From positions 1 through 64,000 of the IMG/VR virus record IMGVR_UViG_3300030294_000005: 64,000 nt of DNA; one strand, given 5' to 3'. Positions within the stretch are counted from its first letter, which is position 1, and each line of letters begins with the position of its first letter. Both the position numbers and the translations under genes were made by a program. Of the stretch, positions 9,569 through 19,983 are shown in pieces. Below the pieces are notes generated by a model. That model was not told the DNA's origin. It saw only the letters and a list, made by a program, of their open reading frames with translations, and did no database searches.

Positions 9569-9644
9569 AATTATATATTATAATAATGAATAAAAGTTAG
9601 TAGTTATCTTTATTCATAAAAAAATTATAAACTACTAAGAGGAG
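9569..9644 (+). promoter_or_regulatory. Early promoter plus conserved structured 5' leader
   Basis: AATTATATATTATAATAATGAATAA; TTAGTAGTT (9597-9605) pairs with AACTACTAA (9630-9638) next to the RBS. Confidence 0.6.
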
Positions 9645-9652
9645 ATATTAAA

Positions 9653-10186
9653 ATGTATTTTATACAAAATGAACTATACAATATAAAAGAAAAAAAGATA
9701 CCATCTTTAAAGTATAATGAAGAAGATTTTTTAAAATGGTTAGTTAATATTGCATGGCAAAATGCAGAAATGGAAACTGAAGCTCTTTGGAATATGCATC
9801 GTTTTTCAATACAGCCAATATATGAAATGATACAAATGCTAATACATATATATGGATTAAATATTGAGACTTTTGAAAAAATAATATCATCTATTGATGA
9901 TCAAAAACAAGCAAAATTAGAAGAGCAATATTATAAGGTATATGATAGAAATAAAAATGATAATGTTTCTATATATAGTTTTGAATTATTTTCTGGATTT
10001 AGATTTTTATTTGAATATTTCATTACTGAATATGTAAATGGTGAAATATTTACATTAATTGTTTGTAAAGATTGTAGAGAAGTATTTTTTGAAAGAGAAT
10101 CATACTGGCATATTAAAGATTTATGCGTTCCTAAGAGATGCTATAAATGTAGACAGAAAAGAAAGAAACATAATAAAGATATTTAA
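9653..10186 (+). CDS. Protein with C-terminal zinc ribbon (zf-trcl-like)
   Basis: CKDCREVF...PKRCYKCRQKRK. Confidence 0.65.
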   Translation: MYFIQNELYNIKEKKIPSLKYNEEDFLKWLVNIAWQNAEMETEALWNMHRFSIQPIYEMIQMLIHIYGLNIETFEKIISSIDDQKQAKLEEQYYKVYDRNKNDNVSIYSFELFSGFRFLFEYFITEYVNGEIFTLIVCKDCREVFFERESYWHIKDLCVPKRCYKCRQKRKKHNKDI

Positions 10187-10203
10187 TTAATGGGGGAATT
10201 CTA

Positions 10204-10620
10204 ATGGAAGAATTAAATGAAATTCAAATACAAGGGCTATGTGTAATGTATGATATTATAAATAATCTAATAAAAAATAATTATAAAATAATAAATGATC
10301 GTACAGCATTACCATTAACATATACTCCTGAAGCATTAGCAATAACTACTTTAGGTGATGTTGTATTATTAATAGACTATATAGGTATATATACTTTATA
10401 TGTAGTTTATGTAGATGTTGATAATATAGTTCATTTATCAACAACTGATATTGGAGGTATAATACATGGTGGAGATAGAAGATTAAATGTTGAAGAATAT
10501 AATAGAAGATGTGTATTTGAAAAGAGTAAAATTGTAAAAGTAATATATTTAAAAGATGATTTTACTGGAAAATTTAAAAGTATTATTGAATTTAATAGAT
10601 TTATTAGTAAATATAATTAA
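10204..10620 (+). CDS. Hypothetical protein
   Basis: ORF with GGGGG RBS. Confidence 0.6.
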   Translation: MEELNEIQIQGLCVMYDIINNLIKNNYKIINDRTALPLTYTPEALAITTLGDVVLLIDYIGIYTLYVVYVDVDNIVHLSTTDIGGIIHGGDRRLNVEEYNRRCVFEKSKIVKVIYLKDDFTGKFKSIIEFNRFISKYN

Positions 10621-10640
10621 AATTTTAGGAGGAGTTTATT

Positions 10641-11177
10641 ATGGAAAATACAATATTCTGTAGAAAATGTGGTAAAGAGGTTACTAAATCAGCAGCATTC
10701 TGCCCTAAGTGTGGTAAAGAATTAATAACTACATCATCACCAGTACAATCATTAGAATTTGCTTTTATGAGGCATAAAAGTTTAGGTAGACTTGATATTA
10801 GTCATATGTGTTCTGAAGTAAGTATAATTAATTCAACATTAAAACTTCAACAACAAAAAATACATCTTTATTGGTTTAAAAGTAAACCTATAGCTACGAT
10901 TCATAATATAATGGATATTGCTTCAATAAGAGTAGTAAGGATCTTTGATATCAGTGATATGATATTTGGTATTATATTTGCACTACTTGGATTTATTAAT
11001 CCACTATTTTTCATTGGTGCTGCATTATTGATTTGGGTAGGCATAGGCAAAAAGATTGAAATAAGGAAATCTAATGGTGCTGTTTTATCAATACCTAGTG
11101 GTAACAGTTCTGCATGTATGCAATTAGCACAGGTAATATCTTCTATCAATAGAGGTATTGTTGTTGATATAAAATAA
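10641..11177 (+). CDS. Zinc-ribbon membrane protein
   Basis: FCRKCG...FCPKCG N-terminus plus a hydrophobic hairpin. Confidence 0.7.
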   Translation: MENTIFCRKCGKEVTKSAAFCPKCGKELITTSSPVQSLEFAFMRHKSLGRLDISHMCSEVSIINSTLKLQQQKIHLYWFKSKPIATIHNIMDIASIRVVRIFDISDMIFGIIFALLGFINPLFFIGAALLIWVGIGKKIEIRKSNGAVLSIPSGNSSACMQLAQVISSINRGIVVDIK

Positions 11178-11183
11178 TAGGAG

Positions 11184-11477
11184 ATGCTGCATATGAGGGT
11201 TAAAGTAACACTTAATGAATTAATTAAATCACCATATACTGAAAATAATTATAATTATGTAACAGGGACTATTATTGATGAAATTTCTAGCACTGATTTA
11301 ATTACTTATATTAATTCACCAGCAGAGTTAGCTAAAATGTTAGAATCAAAACAATTTATTCTAATTCAAGAAGAGCATGATTATGAACATAGAATAAAAG
11401 ATTGTATAAGTAAAATACGATTCTATTCAATGCTATCGATAAGAAAAATAGAAATAATAGTACCAGATATTGACTAA
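11184..11477 (+). CDS. Hypothetical protein
   Basis: ORF with AGGAG RBS. Confidence 0.55.
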   Translation: MLHMRVKVTLNELIKSPYTENNYNYVTGTIIDEISSTDLITYINSPAELAKMLESKQFILIQEEHDYEHRIKDCISKIRFYSMLSIRKIEIIVPDID

Positions 11478-11555
11478 AGTATTTATAATAAAGTAGCTGT
11501 AGTAAGCTACTTTATTTTTTCTACGTTCCTGATGAAGATTAGGATATATATGATT

Positions 11556-11567
11556 AACAATATATTA
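11556..11567 (+). promoter_or_regulatory. Late promoter AACA-N6-TA
   Basis: AACA-ATATAT-TA. Confidence 0.55.
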
Positions 11568-11589
11568 AAGAAAAAATACTCAGAAAGGG

Positions 11590-14232
11590 ATGATTAAAAT
11601 GGTATCTATTGGAGATATAAGAAAAAGACAAATGTGTTTAAATATTAAAAACACATCAAGAGATTCTTCAGTTGATTTATTAATAGAAAATTGTAATAAA
11701 ACAAAATCAGTTGATGTTATAGAATCATATTTTAAGAATTGGCCATATAGTAGGAAAGAGAATTGTTATGAATTTACAGAAGCTGTAAATATATTAGAAA
11801 GCTTTAGTAAGAGAGTTAATAATGCGTCTATAACAAATAAAGCAATTAATTTATTTTCGGAGATGGTTTTAACTAAAACTGTAAATATGAAGACTGCTAA
11901 AAAAGTATTGGAATCAGTAAGTATTGATTCATCTTCTTTATTAGAAGAATGCAATAAATATATTGTATGTGATAGAATACTTTCTAATCATGATAAATTA
12001 GTTAAAAAAGGAATTAATGATTTAATGTCAAATACTGGATTACTATCTGAAAGTAAGATAGATGATTACGTTACAGTAGTATGCGAATTTATAGATAATA
12101 TTGATATGAAATTTCCAACAAAATATAATGTTGCATTAGAGAATACACTATATCTATTAGATAAACGTGGAGTTAAATATAATAGAAAAAGTGTATTAGA
12201 AAGTATCAATGATTATTTTTTTATTAATTTAGATGAAGAAAAATCAAGTGCTATGACTATAGTTTTAAAAGAAAGTGCAACATATTCAGATGAGGACAAG
12301 AAATCTATTATTATTGAATCAGCATATACAGATTTAGAAAAAGAAGATGAAGAACTAGGAATAGATTTAGATTTGAATGATGATGGAGAATTAGAATTCT
12401 CTACAGAGTCTGTTGCTGATGAAGTAAAAAATATATTAACTCAATTAAAAGCATTACCTAAGAAAACTCCAGAAGCTTTAAAAGAATTTATTAAGAAACT
12501 ATATACAAAATCAGCTGATAATATAATAGAGGAAACTCCTAACTTTTTAACTTGGATGAGAAAGTTTTTAATTTTTGGTACTATTGCTATATCGCCATAT
12601 CTCACAGTAATATCTTTCTTTGCAGATTTAGCAATGCAGGCTAAATTACAGAGATCCGAAACTGAAAAGATTGTAAAATCATATAAGAAAGAAAAAGAAA
12701 AATCAGAATCTAAGATGGCTAATTGTACTAATGAAAAAGAAAAAGAGAAACTAAAACAATATATAAAAGAACTAGATAAAGATATAGATAAATTAGAAGA
12801 GTATCAAGATACACTATTTAGTGAAAAAGAAATAGAGCAGAGAAATGATGAAGAAATGAATGAATCAGGTGAACTTGATATTCAAAATGCTATTACTCTA
12901 AAAGAATATATCACTATCTATCATCCTAAAGTTACAGCTCAAATGTATACATTAAGATCACAATTAGATGAATTCTTAAAATCAAAATATAAGAAGATAT
13001 ATGAGGCACAATGTGTATTATTAAATTCAATAGAAGAACTTAAGAGTTTTGAACATGCTAATATAGATTCAATATTATCTTATATTGGTTCTGATAATAA
13101 AGTATATGTAGATATAGCTAAGTTCTTAGGATTAAGATATAATGAATTAAATGATACAGATATTAATCAAGAAGATGTATTAAGTGATATATGCGATACA
13201 CTTCAATTAGATGTGGATTTCGATTTCTGTGTAATGTATGATGGAGAAGAAGATATGTATAATATATACCTATCATATAATAAACCAATTTTACTAGCAG
13301 ATGATAGTGATACAGAAATAGAAGAGCAAGTTCATATTAGTATATTAAAAGCATGTGCAATTATTAATATACTATCAGAACAATCATCAAAGATATCAGA
13401 AAAAGATGTAGACTACCTTCTAGATTTTATAGATGATAATATAGATATATTTGATATGGAAACAGTTAGTTGTATTGGTCAGTTTAGTGTTGTGGCTTCA
13501 GATATAATAAGTCCAAAAGTTATAGCTAATTTCTTTGAAGAAAGTGCTAATCTTATAAGAGAAAAAGAATCAGGTAATAATAAATATGTAAAACTAGCAA
13601 AGATTCAAGAAGGAATTAATGGAATGAAAATCTCCAAACCTAGAAGTACAAAATATCTTGGCATATATGATACCTATACTGATAATAAATTATTGCAAGA
13701 ATCTATGGAGTTACTTGATCAATTAACTATTAATGAAACATCAGTAGTTAATATTATGAAAATGGCTCAAGCCAAATTAAAAGATAATATGCAAAAGTTA
13801 TCAGATAAAGATAAATCTGTATCAAGACAATTAGATTTTGCTGTTGATCAAATGGTACAGAAAATGCAAAGGTCTGTTACCAATGATAATAGAGAAGCTG
13901 TTATTAAAGGATCTTTAATACCTTCTGCTTCTAAAGCATTAAAGATTGCACTTGTTAGTGGAGCAGCATTTGCTGTAGCTCCAGCAATAGCAATAATAGG
14001 AGTACTAGGTGGTATAGCTGCATCTAAACATGCAACAGATAAAGAAAGGCAATATATCCTAGATGAAATAGATGTTGAAAGCAAAGTTGTAGAAAAGAAA
14101 ATTCAACTAGCTGATAGATCAGATGATATGGCATCTATGGAAGAACTATTAAAAATACAACAGAAATTAAGAAGAGAAAAATCTAGAATACAATATAAGA
14201 AAAAAGATTACGTCCCTGGAAGAAAAGAATAA
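11590..14232 (+). CDS. Large virion (internal head) protein
   Basis: Head operon; many xxE|S sites (IIES, STES, MNES, LQES, INET); C-terminal hydrophobic Ala/Gly helix. Confidence 0.6.
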   Translation: MIKMVSIGDIRKRQMCLNIKNTSRDSSVDLLIENCNKTKSVDVIESYFKNWPYSRKENCYEFTEAVNILESFSKRVNNASITNKAINLFSEMVLTKTVNMKTAKKVLESVSIDSSSLLEECNKYIVCDRILSNHDKLVKKGINDLMSNTGLLSESKIDDYVTVVCEFIDNIDMKFPTKYNVALENTLYLLDKRGVKYNRKSVLESINDYFFINLDEEKSSAMTIVLKESATYSDEDKKSIIIESAYTDLEKEDEELGIDLDLNDDGELEFSTESVADEVKNILTQLKALPKKTPEALKEFIKKLYTKSADNIIEETPNFLTWMRKFLIFGTIAISPYLTVISFFADLAMQAKLQRSETEKIVKSYKKEKEKSESKMANCTNEKEKEKLKQYIKELDKDIDKLEEYQDTLFSEKEIEQRNDEEMNESGELDIQNAITLKEYITIYHPKVTAQMYTLRSQLDEFLKSKYKKIYEAQCVLLNSIEELKSFEHANIDSILSYIGSDNKVYVDIAKFLGLRYNELNDTDINQEDVLSDICDTLQLDVDFDFCVMYDGEEDMYNIYLSYNKPILLADDSDTEIEEQVHISILKACAIINILSEQSSKISEKDVDYLLDFIDDNIDIFDMETVSCIGQFSVVASDIISPKVIANFFEESANLIREKESGNNKYVKLAKIQEGINGMKISKPRSTKYLGIYDTYTDNKLLQESMELLDQLTINETSVVNIMKMAQAKLKDNMQKLSDKDKSVSRQLDFAVDQMVQKMQRSVTNDNREAVIKGSLIPSASKALKIALVSGAAFAVAPAIAIIGVLGGIAASKHATDKERQYILDEIDVESKVVEKKIQLADRSDDMASMEELLKIQQKLRREKSRIQYKKKDYVPGRKE

Positions 14233-14243
14233 TTAAATATTAA

Positions 14244-14279
14244 TATTGTACTGATAAATTTAGGTTTATCAGTACAATA
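14244..14279 (+). other. 15-bp perfect intercistronic hairpin without a U-tract
   Basis: TATTGTACTGATAAA-tttagg-TTTATCAGTACAATA immediately before an RBS. Confidence 0.6.
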
Positions 14280-14294
14280 AAAGGAGGAAATATT

Positions 14295-15236
14295 ATGGGA
14301 ATATATTCTAGTAAAGTAATTTTAGAAGTAAAGAAAACTGTTAAAGGAAAAACTGAAGATTTAGATAAAGATCCAGAAGATGAGCATAAAGACGATACTA
14401 CCCCTGCAACAGATTATAATATAGATGATACTGGTACTTCTAAAGATGATGATGAACCTGAAAAAGATCCAGACACTTCCGATGAAGATAATAAAGATAA
14501 TACCGATACTGATACCAATGATGATACAAATGACGAACATAAGAGTGATAGTACTTCTGCAACCGACTATAATGCAGATAGTGATACTAATAATGATAAT
14601 ACTGAAGATAATAATGATAATACTTCAGAAGATAATGATTATGATATACCTAATGATACAGACGAAAAAACAGATGATACTTCAGATAATGCTGAAGGTG
14701 ATAATGATCAATCAACAGATGCTAATGATTCTTCTACTGATTATTCAGTAGGTAATTCTGGAGAAGATAGTCAATCAGCAACTACATCTGGAGACGGTAC
14801 TGAACAAGACACAGATACTGCTGGACAAGAAGATCCAGGCGATGGGTCTGAAGATAATTTACAGGGAGGTGAAGGTGACACATCAGATTTACAAGGTTTA
14901 GAAACATCATTATTTAAAGATTTATCACAAGAGCAAATTAATATTAAAACTATGGAATTAAAAAATCAGTATTTAGAAATTTATAATGCTATTATAAATA
15001 TTATAAATAGATTAAATAGGGTTGCTAAGACCAGTGATAATATTAAGATTCTAGAATTTGTAATAAAGAAATTATTAGAGCTTAAAGATATATTATATTT
15101 CTATATGGTAAATACATTTGATACTAAAACCTATATAGAGAACTCGATAAACTATGAAGAATATTTAGCAACGTTAAATACTATGAACAAAATACTAGCT
15201 GAATTAAAATCACAGGATGGTAAGGAAAAGTCATAA
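14295..15236 (+). CDS. Acidic low-complexity head/scaffold-like protein
   Basis: Long D/E/T/N-rich region with repeated (T/N)DY motifs; helical C-terminal domain; directly upstream of the capsid gene; starts MGIY. Confidence 0.55.
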   Translation: MGIYSSKVILEVKKTVKGKTEDLDKDPEDEHKDDTTPATDYNIDDTGTSKDDDEPEKDPDTSDEDNKDNTDTDTNDDTNDEHKSDSTSATDYNADSDTNNDNTEDNNDNTSEDNDYDIPNDTDEKTDDTSDNAEGDNDQSTDANDSSTDYSVGNSGEDSQSATTSGDGTEQDTDTAGQEDPGDGSEDNLQGGEGDTSDLQGLETSLFKDLSQEQINIKTMELKNQYLEIYNAIINIINRLNRVAKTSDNIKILEFVIKKLLELKDILYFYMVNTFDTKTYIENSINYEEYLATLNTMNKILAELKSQDGKEKS

Positions 15237-15286
15237 TAATTGCCATTTTGGTATATTATAGAATAAACTTACAGTTGTTTATTTAT

Positions 15287-15298
15287 AACAATATAATA
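15287..15298 (+). promoter_or_regulatory. Late promoter AACA-N6-TA (capsid)
   Basis: AACA-ATATAA-TA. Confidence 0.6.
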
Positions 15299-15360
15299 AA
15301 TTGATAATACAATATTAATACAAATATTAACCAAATTTAAATTGGAAAGGAGATAATATT

Positions 15361-17046
15361 ATGCCAATAGTAGGAACCAGAAAAGTTTCAGACCTAGGTA
15401 GAGGATATGTAAATGATCCTATCAATACCTATGCTGCTTCTTTTAGAGATTTAGCCAAAGATATTTTAAATGAATCAGGTACTGATTTATTTACAGAGCC
15501 TTCAAAAGCTTTGCTATTACAAGGATCAAATGAAACAATGAGGAACTTCTTCGTTGAGAATTCTGCAGATCCAAAGAGTATGACTACATCAGAATATGAA
15601 GATCATATTCAAATGATGAATGAACAGTATTTAAATGATAGAGAGGCAATATTAGAGTATTCACCAGTTGGAGGATTTAACCCAGTAATAGGTATGTCTT
15701 TCCCAATTCATAAAAATATTCTAATGAACAATATCTTCGATAAAGGAGCTATTCAAAAAGTAGTAGCATCTTCACCTAAATTTACCATTTCAATGGAGAC
15801 AAGATTACTTATCACTCCAGATGGTAGAGAAATAGATATGTTTAAAAACCAGGATCAAATGACAGCAGCTATGGATGCAACAGTACCAGTTAAGGAAATT
15901 ACAGTTCCACTTCCAGAATTAGGTACTACTGATATGCTTGCTGCAATTGGAGCCGCTTCTACAGACAATTTATCTATAGAAACAAGAGTATCTTATGTAA
16001 AGATAGTTGATTCATATGAAATTGGAGACACTCTTCCTGATAAAACTGTTGCTACAGCAGCAACAACACTTGATAGATGGATTCCAACAAATCATCTTAA
16101 ATTTGCACCAAATTATGGTGGATTAGAAAGAGTTTTTGTTGAATCAGTTTCATATACAGATGTAAAAGGAATTGTTCAAGAAGATGTAATTTCTGGAGTT
16201 ATGAATAAGAATAAGATTCAAATATCCTCATTAAAAGGTCTTGTTAAAGCTGTAAAGATTTCAGCTAGAAAAGATGCTTCTAGTGCTATGCTTCAAACTT
16301 GTAGCGTATCATGGAAAGTTAAGACTGACATAGTTGAGATACCTAGTGCTATTCCAATAAATACACCAATATCTCCTGATGAAGTTAAAGATATCGGTGC
16401 TTTGTATCAGGTAAATCAATTATCAAAAATTATGAGTTTATTTAAAACAGTTCTTGAGAACTATAAAGATGATAAAATCAGACAGAGCTTGGATACTTCA
16501 TTTGAAACAATGGACCCAACTCAAAGGATTCAATCAAACTTTGACTTTGCTCCAAGATCTGGATACGCTTTGGACCATGTTGAATGGAGACATAAGACAT
16601 TCTTCGATTATCTTGATACTCATGTAACTAAGTTACTTCAGGTATTGAATGATCCTAATATGACAGTAACTGTATTTGGTAGACCTGATCTTATCAGAAA
16701 GATTACCCCAACTGAATATACTTACCAATCCCCAAGTGCTATCGGACCTGTTGAACTTGACTTTGTAAAGACAGTTACAACTTCCGATAAGAGAGTATAT
16801 CAATTTATTTCATCTCAGAAAATGAAGGGTTCAGATAATCTTATTATAGTTCTAAATCCAAGAAACACTGATAGAATTATCTATAGGATTTATGATTACC
16901 AGATGTATGTAAGTAATGAAATAAGAAATGCTCAAAACTATGCTCTTCCTGCAATCCATGCTTTTGAAAGATGGAAGTTTGTAGAATATCAGCCAGTACA
17001 GGGTCGTATGAATATACTAAACCCTACTGGATTAATAGAAGTATAA
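15361..17046 (+). CDS. Major capsid protein
   Basis: 561 aa; head-operon context; N-terminal LNE|S and FVE|N sites; P-domain-like C-terminus (YRIYDYQMYVSNE...PAIHAFER); followed by a strong terminator. Confidence 0.7.
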   Translation: MPIVGTRKVSDLGRGYVNDPINTYAASFRDLAKDILNESGTDLFTEPSKALLLQGSNETMRNFFVENSADPKSMTTSEYEDHIQMMNEQYLNDREAILEYSPVGGFNPVIGMSFPIHKNILMNNIFDKGAIQKVVASSPKFTISMETRLLITPDGREIDMFKNQDQMTAAMDATVPVKEITVPLPELGTTDMLAAIGAASTDNLSIETRVSYVKIVDSYEIGDTLPDKTVATAATTLDRWIPTNHLKFAPNYGGLERVFVESVSYTDVKGIVQEDVISGVMNKNKIQISSLKGLVKAVKISARKDASSAMLQTCSVSWKVKTDIVEIPSAIPINTPISPDEVKDIGALYQVNQLSKIMSLFKTVLENYKDDKIRQSLDTSFETMDPTQRIQSNFDFAPRSGYALDHVEWRHKTFFDYLDTHVTKLLQVLNDPNMTVTVFGRPDLIRKITPTEYTYQSPSAIGPVELDFVKTVTTSDKRVYQFISSQKMKGSDNLIIVLNPRNTDRIIYRIYDYQMYVSNEIRNAQNYALPAIHAFERWKFVEYQPVQGRMNILNPTGLIEV

Positions 17047-17057
17047 TTTTAATAACT

Positions 17058-17093
17058 AGTCTACAGTCTCTTGACTGTAGACTGTTATTTTTA
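17058..17093 (+). terminator. Intrinsic terminator
   Basis: AGTCTACAGTC-tctt-GACTGTAGACT followed by a T-tract. Confidence 0.75.
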
Positions 17094-17111
17094 AAAAAGG
17101 AGGTTATTTAA

Positions 17112-18266
17112 GTGAACACTATAGATTATGATTTCGGTTCTACATTAGAAGAAGTTATGTTTGCTATAAAAACAAATCCAGTATCTTCTGAATTAAAAAA
17201 GCTTAAGTATGAATTAAATAAGTTTTTTAAAGATTCTGAATGTAGAGAGATAATATACACAGAAAATGTTGATAAGTTGTTTTTTGGTATGTGTGTTATT
17301 CCTATGGTAACAGGTGATGATGCAATGAAAATACTAACTTCTAATGATAAGATAAGAATACAATCATATTATCTAGAATTGGACTCTAAATTATTTTCAA
17401 TTGGATTTACTTCTAGGGAGTTAGTTGCTATATTATTACATGAGATAGGTCATGTGGTAAATACATCAGAACCAGTTGAAGATGTAAGAAGATCTATTGA
17501 TATATATCTGGATAAAAATGATACAACAATTAAATTATCAGATGCTGCTCAATATAAAGATATATTAGCATTTGCAGTAAAAGATAGTATTAGAAAGTTT
17601 ACATCATTATTTTTAATGAATGATGATGAAATAATAGCAGATGAGTTCGCAGTAAGATGTGGATATGCTGCAGATTTAGAATCAGCATATGATAGAGTTC
17701 TTAAAAATATTGGAAGAGTTAATAGAGATGTAGATAATAAACTTATGGCTCTACAATGGACATTAAGATTATATACTGATGTAAAGTTTAAAAGAATTGG
17801 ATCTATTCATGTATTACAGAGGGCGAAGAAGATTACTGCCTCCGAATTAATGAATAGAGAAATGAGTATTGTAATTAGAGCATTAAATCAAATTGATGAT
17901 GATACTTTAATACAAGAATCATTAGATATATTGAAGCGTTCAAGCGACATCTATAAGAATTTCAAATATAAAGGCATGAGATCTTTAGAAGATGATTTAT
18001 ATGAGATTCAAATAAGAGTAAAAAATGTAGATGTTGAAGATGAAGCTTTATCTGTATTAAGAGAGATAAATTCACGATTAGCTATCATAGATGATTATGT
18101 AACATCTGAAAAATTGGATGAAGCTGATATGAATAGATGGTGGCAGTTAAAGAATAAGTATTTATTATTAAGAGATGAGTTATCTAAGAAGACAACTTAT
18201 GACTCAAAATATTATGGTTTATTTGTTCAAACCCCTACTGTTAAAAGTAGATCGGCTATGATGTAA
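17112..18266 (+). CDS. Virion protein with a zincin-like HExxH motif
   Basis: LLHEIGH plus downstream EIIADEFA; IQE|S site. Confidence 0.55.
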   Translation: MNTIDYDFGSTLEEVMFAIKTNPVSSELKKLKYELNKFFKDSECREIIYTENVDKLFFGMCVIPMVTGDDAMKILTSNDKIRIQSYYLELDSKLFSIGFTSRELVAILLHEIGHVVNTSEPVEDVRRSIDIYLDKNDTTIKLSDAAQYKDILAFAVKDSIRKFTSLFLMNDDEIIADEFAVRCGYAADLESAYDRVLKNIGRVNRDVDNKLMALQWTLRLYTDVKFKRIGSIHVLQRAKKITASELMNREMSIVIRALNQIDDDTLIQESLDILKRSSDIYKNFKYKGMRSLEDDLYEIQIRVKNVDVEDEALSVLREINSRLAIIDDYVTSEKLDEADMNRWWQLKNKYLLLRDELSKKTTYDSKYYGLFVQTPTVKSRSAMM

Positions 18267-18282
18267 TTACAAAAGTTATTTT

Positions 18283-18307
18283 AATCATATATTATATTAA
18301 TGAATAA
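18283..18307 (+). promoter_or_regulatory. Early promoter
   Basis: AATCATATATTATATTAATGAATAA. Confidence 0.55.
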
Positions 18308-18355
18308 ATCTGTAGTAGAATTATCTACTACAGATTTTATATGTTAAATTAGGAG

Positions 18356-18643
18356 ATGATTATTATAGATAAAAATATTAATGATATAGTCGACTTTGTA
18401 TCTAATCATTTAGATTCAATTGTATTTGCTGATGATTTAGTATTGGTACAATTAAAAGATAATAGTGGGTTTATTATATGTAAAAGTAGTACAAAAACTA
18501 TTTGTACAATAATGTCTAATAAAGAATATAATGAATTAATTAATTTAGTAAAATATCCATTAGAAATATCTATGATTATAATGAGTGAAGAATCAATACA
18601 TAATACTATGAAACATTGTTTAGAAGGTGATATATATGATTAA
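18356..18643 (+). CDS. Hypothetical protein
   Basis: ORF downstream of an early promoter. Confidence 0.5.
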   Translation: MIIIDKNINDIVDFVSNHLDSIVFADDLVLVQLKDNSGFIICKSSTKTICTIMSNKEYNELINLVKYPLEISMIIMSEESIHNTMKHCLEGDIYD

Positions 18644-19079
18644 AATAATAAAAGGAAACTTATTAGAAGCTGAGGAGAATATAATAGGTCATCAGGTCAA
18701 TTGTTTTACTCTTGGTAGTGGAATAGCAAAGCAAATAATAGATAAATATCCAGAGGTTTTATTTCAATTTAAAAAAGAAGTAAAAAATAACAATATAAAT
18801 ATGCTTGGAAGATGCCAATTTATAGAGATTGGTAAAGATAAGTATATAGCAAATGTATTTGCTCAATATAGATATGGATTAGATAAGCAGTATACTAGAT
18901 ATGATTGTTTATTACGATCTTTAAGTGAATTAAAAACAGAAGCTCAGTTTTATAATTATACAATAGCATTACCATATTATATAGGTTCTGGAAGAGGAGG
19001 AGGTGATACTGATGAAATACATCAAATCATATCACAAGTATTCTGGGACTATAATGTCTCATTGTACCGTTTGAAGTAA
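18627..19079 (+). CDS. Macrodomain (ADP-ribose hydrolase-like, TARG1/Poa1p-type; likely start 18636)
   Basis: IKGNLL, IIGHQVNC, GSGIA and ALPYYIGSGRGGG motifs. Confidence 0.85.
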   Translation: MIYMIKIIKGNLLEAEENIIGHQVNCFTLGSGIAKQIIDKYPEVLFQFKKEVKNNNINMLGRCQFIEIGKDKYIANVFAQYRYGLDKQYTRYDCLLRSLSELKTEAQFYNYTIALPYYIGSGRGGGDTDEIHQIISQVFWDYNVSLYRLK

Positions 19080-19137
19080 TAAAATATTATATGTATAACT
19101 ATAATATAAATTAAATATATTTAGGAGGATTAAGATT

Positions 19138-19911
19138 ATGGCTTTAGGAAATTATAATAATAATAGTAATGAGAAGAAAAATTATTCACCAACGGTATAT
19201 TCATCGTATGGTATGGGTAATCCAGAATCGACTGTAGATGCAAGTTTATTTTCAGCATCGTTTTGGAACAATATGATAAAGTTATCAATATCACCAAGAA
19301 AAAAAACAGATGATACTACTGTTAAATACGATACTGATAATGCTATAGCAATTTACTTAGCACATACAAAAGCTAATATATTTTATCAAGAAATTTGCAA
19401 ATTCCAAGAAAATCCAGATTTGTATGAGAATCAAGGAGTTGCATCTGGAGAAGGCTTAATATCAATTTCTAATGGAAAAGAATATGGAATTAATTGCCCA
19501 TGTATTATAATTAGAAAGATTGATGGAGAAACTGGAGCTTGTAAAAGTTCTTATGCATATCAGATAAAACAAGATTATCATTATGGTATAAGAAACTTTG
19601 ATCAGAAAACAAATGACTTTGATAAAGTGTTTTATAATAGTATAGAAATTGAAGAATTAAAAATATTATTGAAAACTTATTATGAATCAATGTCAGGAGC
19701 TGCTGCATACTCAGTTATAGATAATTTGAAGTATGATTTCTCAAGAGTTAATACTAAACTGGAACTCATTGGAGATAAAGTTGGAGTTGATTTTACTAGA
19801 AAAGGTGGAAATGCTGGTAATGGTAAATCATCATCTTCAATATTCAATACTAAAGAACCAAGAAACTTCTCATCATCTACATTGAATGATATAGAAGATC
19901 AGATAAACTAA
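19138..19911 (+). CDS. Conserved hypothetical protein (possible ssDNA-binding protein)
   Basis: Flexible G/S/N-rich and acidic C-terminal tail; AACT-N6-TA upstream; function is a guess. Confidence 0.35.
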   Translation: MALGNYNNNSNEKKNYSPTVYSSYGMGNPESTVDASLFSASFWNNMIKLSISPRKKTDDTTVKYDTDNAIAIYLAHTKANIFYQEICKFQENPDLYENQGVASGEGLISISNGKEYGINCPCIIIRKIDGETGACKSSYAYQIKQDYHYGIRNFDQKTNDFDKVFYNSIEIEELKILLKTYYESMSGAAAYSVIDNLKYDFSRVNTKLELIGDKVGVDFTRKGGNAGNGKSSSSIFNTKEPRNFSSSTLNDIEDQIN

Positions 19912-19983
19912 TTTAATAGTAGATCAGATATGATTATACATATCTGATTTATTTTTTTTTATTATAATAGGAAGTGAGGCTAA

